From Shewanella sp. (lineage in GTDB: Bacteria; Pseudomonadota; Gammaproteobacteria; Enterobacterales; Shewanellaceae): DNA of 64,000 nucleotides. This document shows positions 28,073 through 36,614 of this stretch, in pieces. Position 1 is the stretch's first letter, and each line of letters starts with the position of its first letter. The stretch spans positions 3,499 through 67,498 of the forward strand of contig JAJNAU010000001.1 of NCBI GenBank assembly GCA_021462625.1, written 5' to 3'. A model generated the notes under the pieces. The model worked only from the letters and a program-made list of their open reading frames with translations, was not told the DNA's origin and did no database searches. The position numbers and the translations under genes are program-made.

Positions 28073-28419
28073 ATTTCATCCTCAACGACTTTGGTCAATT
28101 CCTTGATCTGATGAGCGACTCCAACGGCATCTTCAATGTCCAGTTGCACGGCTATGCCACGTCCTGATGCCTGATCAAATTGTCCCACTCTGCAGATGGT
28201 TTCCAGTACTTTGCGGGCCAGATGTTCTTCAACCATAAACAGCATGACATCCCGCTGTACATCCAGCGTCAGGCCGAAAAAGGTTCGATGTTTGGTCAGG
28301 CCTTCTCCCCGGGCATTGTTGATAACTGTTGCGCCAGTCGCACCAGCATCGCGGGCAGCATCCAGCACAGCTTCTGTGTGGGTATCTTCAATAAAGGCCA
28401 CAATCAGTTTGAATCTCAT
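28069..28419 (-). CDS. P-II-like signal transduction protein
   Basis: FKLIVAFIED, ARDAGATGATV..ARGEG and GIAVQLDIEDAVG; 116 aa. Confidence 0.88.
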   Translation of the reverse strand: MRFKLIVAFIEDTHTEAVLDAARDAGATGATVINNARGEGLTKHRTFFGLTLDVQRDVMLFMVEEHLARKVLETICRVGQFDQASGRGIAVQLDIEDAVGVAHQIKELTKVVEDEI

Positions 28420-29210
28420 GGCTTCTCCTCAGGTTCCTGATGATGGTTCAGGAATTGGGTCAACTGGGCATAGCCCATTACGGTAATCATAGGAAACAGA
28501 CTGGCAAAAGCGATAAGGCCAAAGCCATCCATTAACGGGTTGCGTCCGGGGACAGTTGCGGCCAGTCCCAACCCCAGTGCTGTCACTAAGGGCACAGTGA
28601 CGGTTGAGGTTGTGACACCGCCGGAATCATAGGCTAAAGGTACAATGAATCTGGGGGCAAACTGGGTTTGGATGACCACCACTATATAGCCGCTGATAAT
28701 GTAGTAGTGGAGGGGATCTCCCACCACAATCCGATAACTGCCAAGGGCAATTCCCAGGGCAACACCGGTAGCGACAGCAAAACGCAATCCGTTTACTGAA
28801 ATCGCACCGCCAGATACCTGACAGGCTTTGATTGCCACGGCAATCAGTGAGGGCTCTGCCACAGTGGTGCTGAAGCCGATAGCTGCGGCAAATAGATACA
28901 CCCAGTAATAGTGGCTCCAGTCAACCTGCATAAGCAGTGCAGCCTCCTCGCCAAACAAAAAGGCTGGGTCTGTCAGTTGCTTGGCCATTGACTCCCCCAG
29001 TGGGAATAGCGCCAACTCCAGCCCCATTAAAAATAGAGAAAGTCCCAGTGTCACGTACAACATCCCGACAATGACCCTGGGCAAATTGGGCATGGACTGG
29101 CGTAATACTACCAGTTGAAAGCTGAAAATGAGGACCACTATTGGCAGGATATCCATCAAGGTACCTTGTAACGTGGCCAGGAAGCTGTGGAGCAGGTCGG
29201 ATGGGGTCAT
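28416..29210 (-). CDS. DUF1538 family membrane protein
   Basis: [18 protein letters not shown] and [15 protein letters not shown]; multiple TM segments. Confidence 0.88.
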   Translation of the reverse strand: MTPSDLLHSFLATLQGTLMDILPIVVLIFSFQLVVLRQSMPNLPRVIVGMLYVTLGLSLFLMGLELALFPLGESMAKQLTDPAFLFGEEAALLMQVDWSHYYWVYLFAAAIGFSTTVAEPSLIAVAIKACQVSGGAISVNGLRFAVATGVALGIALGSYRIVVGDPLHYYIISGYIVVVIQTQFAPRFIVPLAYDSGGVTTSTVTVPLVTALGLGLAATVPGRNPLMDGFGLIAFASLFPMITVMGYAQLTQFLNHHQEPEEKP

Positions 29211-29941
29211 GTCATTATCATCCCATACAGCATGACGAAAATCATCGGAGTCAGTGATGCAAAGGCGATAAGGCCAAAACCATCTACCATGGGATTACGG
29301 CCCTTAATCACAGTTGCCAGACCAACGCCCAGGGCGGTGACTAATGGTACGGTAATGGTTGAGGTGGTGACGCCTCCCGAGTCGTAGGCGATACCGATAA
29401 TGCTGCGTGGTGCAAAGGCCGTAATTATCACCACCAGTATGTAGCCGCCGATAATTAATCTGTGAATGGGCCAGCCTTTTAAAATCCTCAGAACCCCAAT
29501 CACAATCGCTAGCCCCACCGACAGTGCGACTGTTATCCTTAATCCATTGCCATAGTTGTTCATGGCGGTTTCGTCATTGGCGATAAGCCCGCCGTTGGCC
29601 GCCACTTCAGCGGCTTCAGCAGCAACTGCCGTGAGAGCTGGTTCGGCGATGGTGGTACCAAATCCCAGGCAAAAGGAAAACAGCATTAGCCAGAATACGC
29701 TGCCTTTACGGGCCAGCGCGTGGGCCATGGATTCGCCAATGGGAAACAGCCCCATTTGCAGACCAAAAATGAAGAACGTCAGTCCTGCCACGACCAACAG
29801 CAGACCAATCAGAATAGAGGCCAGTTCTGGAAGGGGTTGCTGCAGAACGGCTAACTGGAAGAAGGTAATTACTGCTATGATGGGCAGTAAATCTCTCAGA
29901 CTACCCAGCAGGGCGCTGAGTAGCGCTTTCAATCCTTGCAC
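29207..29941 (-). CDS. DUF1538 family membrane protein (paralog)
   Basis: GLFPIGE, TIAEPAL and [15 protein letters not shown]; GTG start with AAGGAG. Confidence 0.88.
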   Translation of the reverse strand: MQGLKALLSALLGSLRDLLPIIAVITFFQLAVLQQPLPELASILIGLLLVVAGLTFFIFGLQMGLFPIGESMAHALARKGSVFWLMLFSFCLGFGTTIAEPALTAVAAEAAEVAANGGLIANDETAMNNYGNGLRITVALSVGLAIVIGVLRILKGWPIHRLIIGGYILVVIITAFAPRSIIGIAYDSGGVTTSTITVPLVTALGVGLATVIKGRNPMVDGFGLIAFASLTPMIFVMLYGMIMT

Positions 29942-29997
29942 GGCGACTCCTTATCCTGTTGAAAGACATCCTGTTTCTGTCTTTCAGGCTAGGAGCC

Positions 29998-30450
29998 TTA
30001 CACGCCAATGTAAATCAGACAATAGGATAAAGTTGTCAAACAGCAGATATAATGCCGCATGCGGTTTGGTATAATTCCAACCGATACAGCATTTGAGCCT
30101 GGGCACTGTCGTTCACCTTCAGCTATCACAGCGAACGCCATATCACTGACAATACCCCGACAGGACTGGATAAGCGCCGCTTTACTCTCGGGGGTGCCCA
30201 AGCGTCTGATAAAGCCGCGATCGATTTTCAGATAGTCAAATTCCAACTGCTGAAGATACAGGCTGTCACCATAGACAGTGCCGGCATCATCCAATTTGAA
30301 TTTTCGCCCATATTGCGACAGCTGCGAGTTAATCATCAGTTGGCATTGGGCAAGAACCGTTGATGATCTTGCCCTGGTTTTACCTGTGTTAACCGACAGT
30401 TAACAGGTGAGCCTGAGTAACTGTTCGACAAGTCATACTCGTTGGCTTTG
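29998..30450 (-). pseudogene. EAL (c-di-GMP phosphodiesterase) remnant
   Basis: FKLDDAGT, YLQQLEFDYLKIDRGFI and IAEG. A frameshift near 30115 restores VNDSAQAQML. A second shift is likely near 30338, and the 5' part is missing. Confidence 0.8.
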
Positions 30451-30486
30451 CTGCTTAACAGATAAGAGCTGGAAAAATAAGGTAGT

Positions 30487-31260
30487 CTACTGGTGATCCC
30501 AAGACAGGTTAGAAACAATCCTGCAGGGCTCACAGCGGAAATGGAACATCTCCAGCAGCGGTTTCTGTAGTTTCCAGTCATGGCTTCCACAGCGGGGACA
30601 GGGACGATTTTGCTCTGCCTGTTTATCCTCGCCACCAACCCGATACAGGTAGTAGTAAGTGGGAGTTTGGGTCAGAAATTCAATACGGCCACGTAAGTCC
30701 CAACCCCGGCGGAACAGATCACTGCCCGCAGAGCTGATTTCTTCCAATGCGGCAAATTCTGCCTGGGTTGCTGCCGCCATTTGCAGCTCATCACAGGCTT
30801 GCCATTCTGATTGCCAGCGAATAACCCGTTTGTGGTCACCGTTGAAGGTGGCGGGGATCCTGTACAGAGGAATGGGCAGCAGGTTGTCCCCGCTGCGCAG
30901 GGGCGAACACATATGGACATAGCTGGTATACAGAATTTGCCAGTCGGCAAATTCGGTGGCGCTCGCTTCTGAATTGATGTCCTGGCCGACAAGTTTCTCT
31001 CTGGGGGCCAGAATTTTTGCCTCTGTCAGTTCTTGCAGTGCCGCCTTAACCCAGGGGCTGTTAAAGCTGTAGTGCAGGCTCTCTTTTTCAGGTGTCAGCA
31101 ACCGAACACGAAATTCACCATCATTAAAGGCGACGGCAAACTCCCTTCCCAACACCTGTCCGTTGGCGCGATAGGCCTCCAGTAAATTGTTGATGGTTTT
31201 TTCAGCTGCTGTGATTGTGGTATCGGCAAAACACTCAAAGCGTAATTCTGTAACGAACAT
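30487..31260 (-). CDS. Zn-ribbon-containing protein (DUF2310-like)
   Basis: YRANGQVLGRE and WQACDELQM, with C-terminal CPRC...CEPC. Confidence 0.85.
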   Translation of the reverse strand: MFVTELRFECFADTTITAAEKTINNLLEAYRANGQVLGREFAVAFNDGEFRVRLLTPEKESLHYSFNSPWVKAALQELTEAKILAPREKLVGQDINSEASATEFADWQILYTSYVHMCSPLRSGDNLLPIPLYRIPATFNGDHKRVIRWQSEWQACDELQMAAATQAEFAALEEISSAGSDLFRRGWDLRGRIEFLTQTPTYYYLYRVGGEDKQAEQNRPCPRCGSHDWKLQKPLLEMFHFRCEPCRIVSNLSWDHQ

Positions 31261-31577
31261 CAGTCTTGTCGCTCCAGTTTGGTGACTCTAAGCGCCAACT
31301 CGTTATAGGCGAGCTGCAGTGCTTTAAGTTGCTGACGCATTACCCTCAGCTCATCGGAATCAACTTGTGGTGTATTTTCAGTGGCTTGATTTGGTGAAAA
31401 TGTGGCTTCGATGGCGTCGAGTTCATTCACTGACAGAGCTTTAAATCTCTGGAGCCCCAGTACCAGAACAGGCATGGGAATGGATTTGAGTTTAGCTTTG
31501 AGCAAAGCCAGGCTTGGGGTTTTGCCTGCTAATTGTAAACTGCGGGCTGTGGCCAGTACTTGGTCGATTTGACTCAT
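31260..31577 (-). CDS. Conserved hypothetical protein (KfrA-N-like helix plus coiled coil)
   Basis: LAGKTPSLALLKAKL..PMPVL N-terminus and heptad C-terminus; coupled to the downstream gene. Confidence 0.65.
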   Translation of the reverse strand: MSQIDQVLATARSLQLAGKTPSLALLKAKLKSIPMPVLVLGLQRFKALSVNELDAIEATFSPNQATENTPQVDSDELRVMRQQLKALQLAYNELALRVTKLERQD

Positions 31578-31704
31578 AAGTGATGATATATCCCAATAGC
31601 GGCATAATGCCGTCATTAAAATTGATTTAAAACATAATGTTAAGTAATGTCCCGCTTTGTGCTTAGCCAGTCAGCATCAAATAACAGCACAAGAGGACGT
31701 TTTG

Positions 31705-31938
31705 ATGAAAACCAAGTTTATTCCATTGTTGCTTGCCGGGGTAGTGACTGGCGACCTGAGTAGTCCGGGGGCTTGTTTGCACCTTTCTTCGTCGCGAGGA
31801 CGGTTTGGTGGAAGTGCTGTTTTATCGTCCCTAAAGTGTCGATAGTGATGGATGCACCAGCAAAGTTGAATGCACTGCGCAGGTCTTCAACAGGACGCTC
31901 TGACTGGTTGGGGAGAGCGGGCATACACCACCATATAG
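31705..31938 (+). pseudogene. DUF3192 family lipoprotein, decayed
   Basis: RBS AGAGG and signal-like MKTKFIPLLLAGVV. A later frame reads VEVLFYRP*SVDSDGCTSKVECT (TAA at 31832), and two single-base losses restore QDALTGWGERAY. Confidence 0.7.
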
Positions 31939-32022
31939 TAATGAGTTCAGCTCGCCGTTTGCTTTGATAATGGCAAGTTTTCAAAGATACAGGATGTGGT
32001 TAAAGACAGGTCGCATTAACGA

Positions 32023-32274
32023 CTAAGCAGAAGAGTCAGTGCAGGATTGGTGCACTCCGGCATCCAAGTGAACCAGTCATTCGCTCCAGTTACTGTCCTG
32101 TATCATAGCCTCTTTGATAAATGCACCTTGTGCCTTATTCCAGAATGGGGCGACACTCATGCAGTCATCCCCTGGCAAAGTGATACCTGCAATAAATGTC
32201 TCGAGACTTTGCTCATCGGCAGCAAGTCCGAGTTGGGCGAACAAATGGCTTAAATTTTTGGGCGTTGTATCCAT
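32023..32274 (-). pseudogene. DUF2789 family protein with premature stop
   Basis: MDTTPKNLSHLFAQLGL...APFWNKAQ..FIKEA..DSNWSE, then TGA at 32079-32077, then in-frame LVHLDA matching the family tail. Confidence 0.7.
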
Positions 32275-32404
32275 CGTATTTCCGACTTTCAACGTTAACG
32301 AATTCTCCAAGCATCCTCCAATAACAAAAAAAGCAATCACACTTAACAGCCAGCAGAATCCTTGTTAGGTTGATTTTGTGTGATCTTGAACAAGGAGAAC
32401 ATGA

Positions 32405-33046
32405 ATGCAAACGCCAGCTTTTGAAAATTATCGGACCGTCTATTTGACTGCGGAAGATTTACGTATTGCCGCATCAATTATCTATAACGCCTATCATGAT
32501 GATCCTTTCTTTCAAGATGTACTTTATTGTGGCGATTTACACCAGTACGAGCAGAAACTCCGAGCGGCGATTCGTGAGGAGCTCAATGAACTGTGGCAAC
32601 AGGAACAAACCCTGGTTGGTTTGTTTGAGGAGGACAGATTGGTCGGCGTGGTGTGTGTCTTTTCCCAACAGGCAGGTATGGGGGAAGGCCGATTTTGGCA
32701 TTGGCGCCTGAAAATGGTGCTGAATACCGGTTGGAAATCAACTCAGGCGTTGATGAGTAAAGAATCCAGCATCCTGGAATACCTGCCGGGGAAAAACTGC
32801 GCCGTGATCCAGTTTGTCAGTGTTGCTCCCCTTGAGCAGGGTCAAGGACTCGGGGCAAGACTTTTACGTGCGGTCACCAGTTGGTGTGATGAGCAGTCTG
32901 ATTTGGATGGCGTAGGGGTATTTGTATCTCAGCAGTCTCATGCTCGTTTATTTAACCGCCATCGATTTTTACCCTTGACTCACCTGACTATCGGTAATGT
33001 TGAAGGCGACCTGATGTTCTACAAAAGGTTAACGGATGAGCTGTAG
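32405..33046 (+). CDS. GNAT family N-acetyltransferase
   Basis: Motif A FVSVAPLEQGQGLGARLL; AAGGAG RBS. Confidence 0.85.
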   Translation: MQTPAFENYRTVYLTAEDLRIAASIIYNAYHDDPFFQDVLYCGDLHQYEQKLRAAIREELNELWQQEQTLVGLFEEDRLVGVVCVFSQQAGMGEGRFWHWRLKMVLNTGWKSTQALMSKESSILEYLPGKNCAVIQFVSVAPLEQGQGLGARLLRAVTSWCDEQSDLDGVGVFVSQQSHARLFNRHRFLPLTHLTIGNVEGDLMFYKRLTDEL

Positions 33047-33330
33047 AAAATTTCCCCATTCCCGAGACTTTTATCCTTTTTATCTGGAACAGCACCGTCA
33101 TCCTATCTGTCGGGCACTTCACTTTATCAGGAGTTTGTTTGTGATCATCTTGCTGGTTTGGTTAATTCTTTCAGTGAGTTGGATATGGCTGTGGACTGTT
33201 CCTGTAATTGGCTACGGATTTGCCTGGTTTGGTCACTTTTTTGAAAAAACAGGCCCGCAACATTTCAGTACCCTTGGTATTCTGTGATGGGTGACTGGGT
33301 AGTGTTTTGGTAAACGTTGACGGGGTGCAG
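33036..33330 (+). pseudogene. DUF962 (Mpo1-like) membrane protein, frameshifted
   Basis: FYPFYLEQH...CRALHF...GYGFAWFGHFF. An A6 run at 33244-33249 shifts the frame; the restored frame reads NRPATFQYPWYSVMGDWVVFW, then TAA at 33311. Confidence 0.8.
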
Positions 33331-33372
33331 AAAAAAAGCTTCGTGGCGTTCGTGGTAAAACACCGTGAGGTG

Positions 33373-33412
33373 TGTAAGACATATCTCACAAAGATGTAGG
33401 ATAACGTCTACT
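33373..33412 (+). promoter_or_regulatory. UvrY/GacA box plus degenerate second site, csrB copy 1
   Basis: TGTAAG-ACATAT-CTCACA (33373-33390) matches TGTAAG-N6-CTTACA; TGTAGGA follows at 33395. Confidence 0.75.
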
Positions 33413-33455
33413 TCGCGCTTGGCAAAACACTCTGATTAATATTTTTATCCTTATT

Positions 33456-33468
33456 TATCAACTGGTTG
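33456..33468 (+). promoter_or_regulatory. IHF site
   Basis: TATCAACTGGTTG fits WATCAANNNNTTR, has an AT-rich 5' flank, and lies between the UvrY box and the promoter. Confidence 0.55.
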
Positions 33469-33548
33469 CGTTTAGTTTGTTTAAACTCTACAGATAGTTG
33501 ATGAATTTATGTTCATCTGTTTTTCAGCTTCCGATATACACTTAAGTG

Positions 33549-33958
33549 GTAGCCAAGAGACAGGGTGTCGCGGTTACGCACTGACAGGAAGTTGGGCGCA
33601 GTTCACAAGGCGGTATGCGCAAACCCAAATCAGCAATAACACGGCTCAATTCATGGATGGTATCGAGCGGCACAGGATAGTGCAATCACCGTGGATGAGG
33701 GGAAAAGGATTAAAGGATAACGAGTTTGCAGGGATTGTGACTCGGATAGGCAGGATGCTGAATCGCTACAGGACGAAGCGATATTACCGGGATGGGTAAA
33801 AGCACGGATGCGGTACGTAAGTACATGGATTTCATGGATGCAGGGATGTTAGCGAAGGAAGCACTGCGGACGCATGGATGGTGCAGGGAGCATGAGAAAT
33901 AGCAGGATGGCTTACGAGAAGATGAGGGGGCGCGTTGAATAACGCGCCCCCTTCTTGT
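33549..33958 (+). ncRNA. csrB: CsrB/RsmZ-family CsrA-sequestering sRNA, copy 1 (ends approximate)
   Basis: About 21 GGA motifs (CAGGAT/CGGAT/TGGAT) in ~380 nt, -10 TACACT at 33537, an upstream UvrY box and a terminator. It lies in the syd/yqcC-truC neighbourhood. Confidence 0.85.
33926..33958 (+). terminator. Rho-independent terminator of csrB copy 1
   Basis: GGGGGCGCGTT-GAAT-AACGCGCCCCC followed by TTCTTGTT. Confidence 0.85.
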
Positions 33959-34117
33959 TATATATTACCCGAGAGCCCTGAGTTATAGAGGCTCGGTAGG
34001 GCAAGCTTAAATTCATTTTTGCCGCTGGCGCTTGGATTTCGGTATTACCGAATGCGCCACTATCTGAATAGCTGCACCTATGCAGCTGTGCCAATTTCAA
34101 CCTTCTCCCTTTGAAGT

Positions 34118-34146
34118 CGTAAGAAATATCTTACATCCATGTAGGA
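34118..34146 (+). promoter_or_regulatory. UvrY/GacA box plus second half-site, csrB copy 2
   Basis: CGTAAG-AAATAT-CTTACA (34118-34135); TGTAGGA at 34140. Confidence 0.75.
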
Positions 34147-34304
34147 CAAGGGGTGGGCTATCTGTCAGTGGCTCACTGTGAGGAAATCTATACTATTGAT
34201 ATATATGGGATTAATTTTGATTAATTCGGGCTTGGTAGAGTGACTTCTGCGCTGCCTTGGTAGGGCATGAGGAAAAAATATTTCCAGTTAAGTAAACTTA
34301 AGCC

Positions 34305-34690
34305 ATCACAGAATGTGAGAGGCAATGGAATGGGATGATGCCGATCAGGATACCACTGTCTTACGGAATGAGATTGAGCAGGAAGCTCGTATCATGCCAA
34401 ACGGCAAGGCGAATCCTGGGCCCGGATGGCGGTTAGGGACTGTGTGGGGAGATTTCCTTCAGGATGAAGGTAGTCTGGCAGGGATGACATGGACACGCTC
34501 AGGGATGCAGCATGCCTGGAATAGGGACGACCAGGTCGCAGGACGGTACGTAAGTACAGGGACAATCAAGGAACGACAGGGACGAAGCAAGGAGCATTTC
34601 AGTCGCAAGGATGGAGCAGGGAGCATAAATCTCAGCGGGAAGGCTGGCAAAAAAAGATATAGGGCGTAACCTCAGGTTGCGCCCTTTTCT
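34305..34690 (+). ncRNA. csrB: CsrB/RsmZ-family sRNA, copy 2 (ends approximate)
   Basis: About 23 GGA motifs, -10 TAAACT at 34293, its own UvrY box and a terminator. Confidence 0.85.
34661..34690 (+). terminator. Terminator of csrB copy 2, probably bidirectional
   Basis: AGGGCGTAACC-TCA-GGTTGCGCCCT then TTTCT; A-tract upstream; convergent gene nearby. Confidence 0.8.
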
Positions 34691-34730
34691 TCGTGGCAGG
34701 ATTTTGCTTGGGGAAGGTGCGAATAAGTCC

Positions 34731-35120
34731 CTAGCGACAACGTCCGGAGTTACAACCGCCGCGACTGCCACACCCGCCTCCAATACTGCCGCTGGCCAGA
34801 GGAGCTTGATGCCATTCAGGCTCCGGGAAAATGGGCCATTCAATTTGGGTAACCCGGTTTCCCAGCATACTGATATGAGCACGGAACTGATTCATACCAT
34901 CTGTACTGAATTCAAATTGAAATCTGGCTTTCCAACCAATCCCTGTATGTCCACCGAAACAGGGGCGGGCAGACACCATGGCAACTGATAACAGTTGTAC
35001 TTTTTGTTTGCTGCACTCAGTTTCCACAAATCGTCGGCTTTGCTCAGCCATTTGGCGCAATTGCCAGAAAAATGCGGCAACGACCAGCAGGCCAAGGATT
35101 ATCAATAGATCTGTCATCAT
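34731..35120 (-). CDS. DUF3301 family membrane protein
   Basis: N-terminal TM, FWQLRQMAE, QLLSVA and FEFSTDG. Confidence 0.8.
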   Translation of the reverse strand: MMTDLLIILGLLVVAAFFWQLRQMAEQSRRFVETECSKQKVQLLSVAMVSARPCFGGHTGIGWKARFQFEFSTDGMNQFRAHISMLGNRVTQIEWPIFPEPEWHQAPLASGSIGGGCGSRGGCNSGRCR

Positions 35121-36124
35121 GCTCTGGTTGCTCTGACCAAACCGCCAATGGCGGCAGATAATTGTACACTGCGCTCAGGGCTACGAATAGCCGTTAATAG
35201 TTCGTTACGCAGTGCAGGAATGGAGACGATATCAGCAAATATCTGATTGAAAAAGTGCTGTTCCTGAAATGCCAAGGCTTCGAGATAAATAGTGCGAGCT
35301 TGCTCCAGTTTCAATACTGTCCAGTTACGTGCCGCGATGGTCAACAGTGCATCGGGAGCCAGTTGCTTCCCTGCCAGCCATTGCAGGGCTTGCATGCCTG
35401 TGTTGGGGCAAGAGGCCAAAGCCCGCAGGTAAAATAACCGCAGATTATCGGCGGATTTCATCTTTGCCAGAAGTTTGTCGGCAAGTTCAGCAGGAATGCT
35501 GACGTGTTCCAGGCATTGGCACAATGCGGCAACCGCTTGTGCGGCGGCGTTGTCCAACGCGTGACTGACAGCTTGCAGATGGTCCAGATCATTAAGCCGG
35601 ACACAAATGTCAGCCAGTCCCTGAAAGCCAAGCTGCTGCCATTGTTCACCGGGAAGTTGTCCACTCAAGTATTGCATGGCGAATTCATACTGACTGGAGG
35701 CTTGCTGTCCCAACTGTTTTCGTACCAGTGCATTAAATAAGGCCCGTTTTTCCTGAGTGGGACGGAAAGCAAAAGGATGATTATCCAACTGCTGTTGTTG
35801 TTCATCAGACAATGTCTGGTTCAGATCTTTCCCCAGTGCTTCTAATACCATTTTGATGAATTGGCTTCGGGCTGCCGGGTTGAGTAACCCCTGCTCATCC
35901 AAAGGCAGTTTGAGAAACCAGACAAACTCCTGCCCATGCTGATTCCAGAATACCAAAGCAAACTGGGCATGCCCCTGGATGGGGAACGGATAAGGGGAGT
36001 TGAGTGCTTCAATCTGATGAAATTCCATCATATCGATATGTTGTACACGTCGACCCAGATCATAAACCTGATATTGACTGCTGGCGGCGCCCAGTAACTG
36101 GCTTAGAGTAGTGAGTTCTACCAT
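35117..36124 (-). CDS. DUF3549 family protein
   Basis: YQVYDLGRRVQHI, PYPFPIQGHAQFA and WFLKLPLDEQGLL. Start set at ATG 36124. Confidence 0.8.
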   Translation of the reverse strand: MVELTTLSQLLGAASSQYQVYDLGRRVQHIDMMEFHQIEALNSPYPFPIQGHAQFALVFWNQHGQEFVWFLKLPLDEQGLLNPAARSQFIKMVLEALGKDLNQTLSDEQQQQLDNHPFAFRPTQEKRALFNALVRKQLGQQASSQYEFAMQYLSGQLPGEQWQQLGFQGLADICVRLNDLDHLQAVSHALDNAAAQAVAALCQCLEHVSIPAELADKLLAKMKSADNLRLFYLRALASCPNTGMQALQWLAGKQLAPDALLTIAARNWTVLKLEQARTIYLEALAFQEQHFFNQIFADIVSIPALRNELLTAIRSPERSVQLSAAIGGLVRATRA

Positions 36125-36293
36125 TGGTGGATATTGTTCTCGTTTGATGTTCAACGGAGCCGGATTATAAACACTTCAACGCATTGATGCAGCGACAGAT
36201 TTGTGGATTTGGTCACCGGAACCGGCGAATTGGCCGGATTTAATCTCATCAGTGGTATGATAGCGGTTCAATTGATCCAACTTTGAGGAAGCT

Positions 36294-36614
36294 ATGCTTT
36301 CGCTTCGTACCCGTGAGCATTTGCAGCAACTGGAAGGCTTACTCAGGGAACAGGAATTGTGGGCCGATACCCCTCCCGATGCAGCGGCTTTGGCCAGCAG
36401 GACTCCTTTTGCCTGTGACACTCTGGCATTTGAACAATGGCTGCAGTTTATTTTCCTGCCAAGAATGAATGCCTTGCTGGACGGCGGCCATGCTCTGCCA
36501 ACCAATATTGCCATTACGCCTATGGCTTTTCATGTTTGGCAAAATCAACCTGAGCGTGCGGCGCTTATTCACCTTTTAAACGATTTGGACACCCTGCTGA
36601 ATGAACCCGGATGA
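36294..36614 (+). CDS. yqcC: YqcC family protein (DUF446)
   Basis: ALASRTPFACDTLAFEQWLQFIFLPRM; upstream of truC. Confidence 0.9.
   Translation: MLSLRTREHLQQLEGLLREQELWADTPPDAAALASRTPFACDTLAFEQWLQFIFLPRMNALLDGGHALPTNIAITPMAFHVWQNQPERAALIHLLNDLDTLLNEPG

Noticed and set aside
32077-32079. TGA as selenocysteine
   Set aside because: The family position is not Cys and no SECIS-like hairpin is evident.
34325-34669. 114-aa ORF rich in G, D, R and W
   Set aside because: By-product of the GGA repeats of csrB copy 2; no recognisable protein features.
33549-34690. Repeated CAGGATG units as a CRISPR array
   Set aside because: The repeats are short and irregularly spaced, with no constant repeat/spacer lengths and no cas genes.
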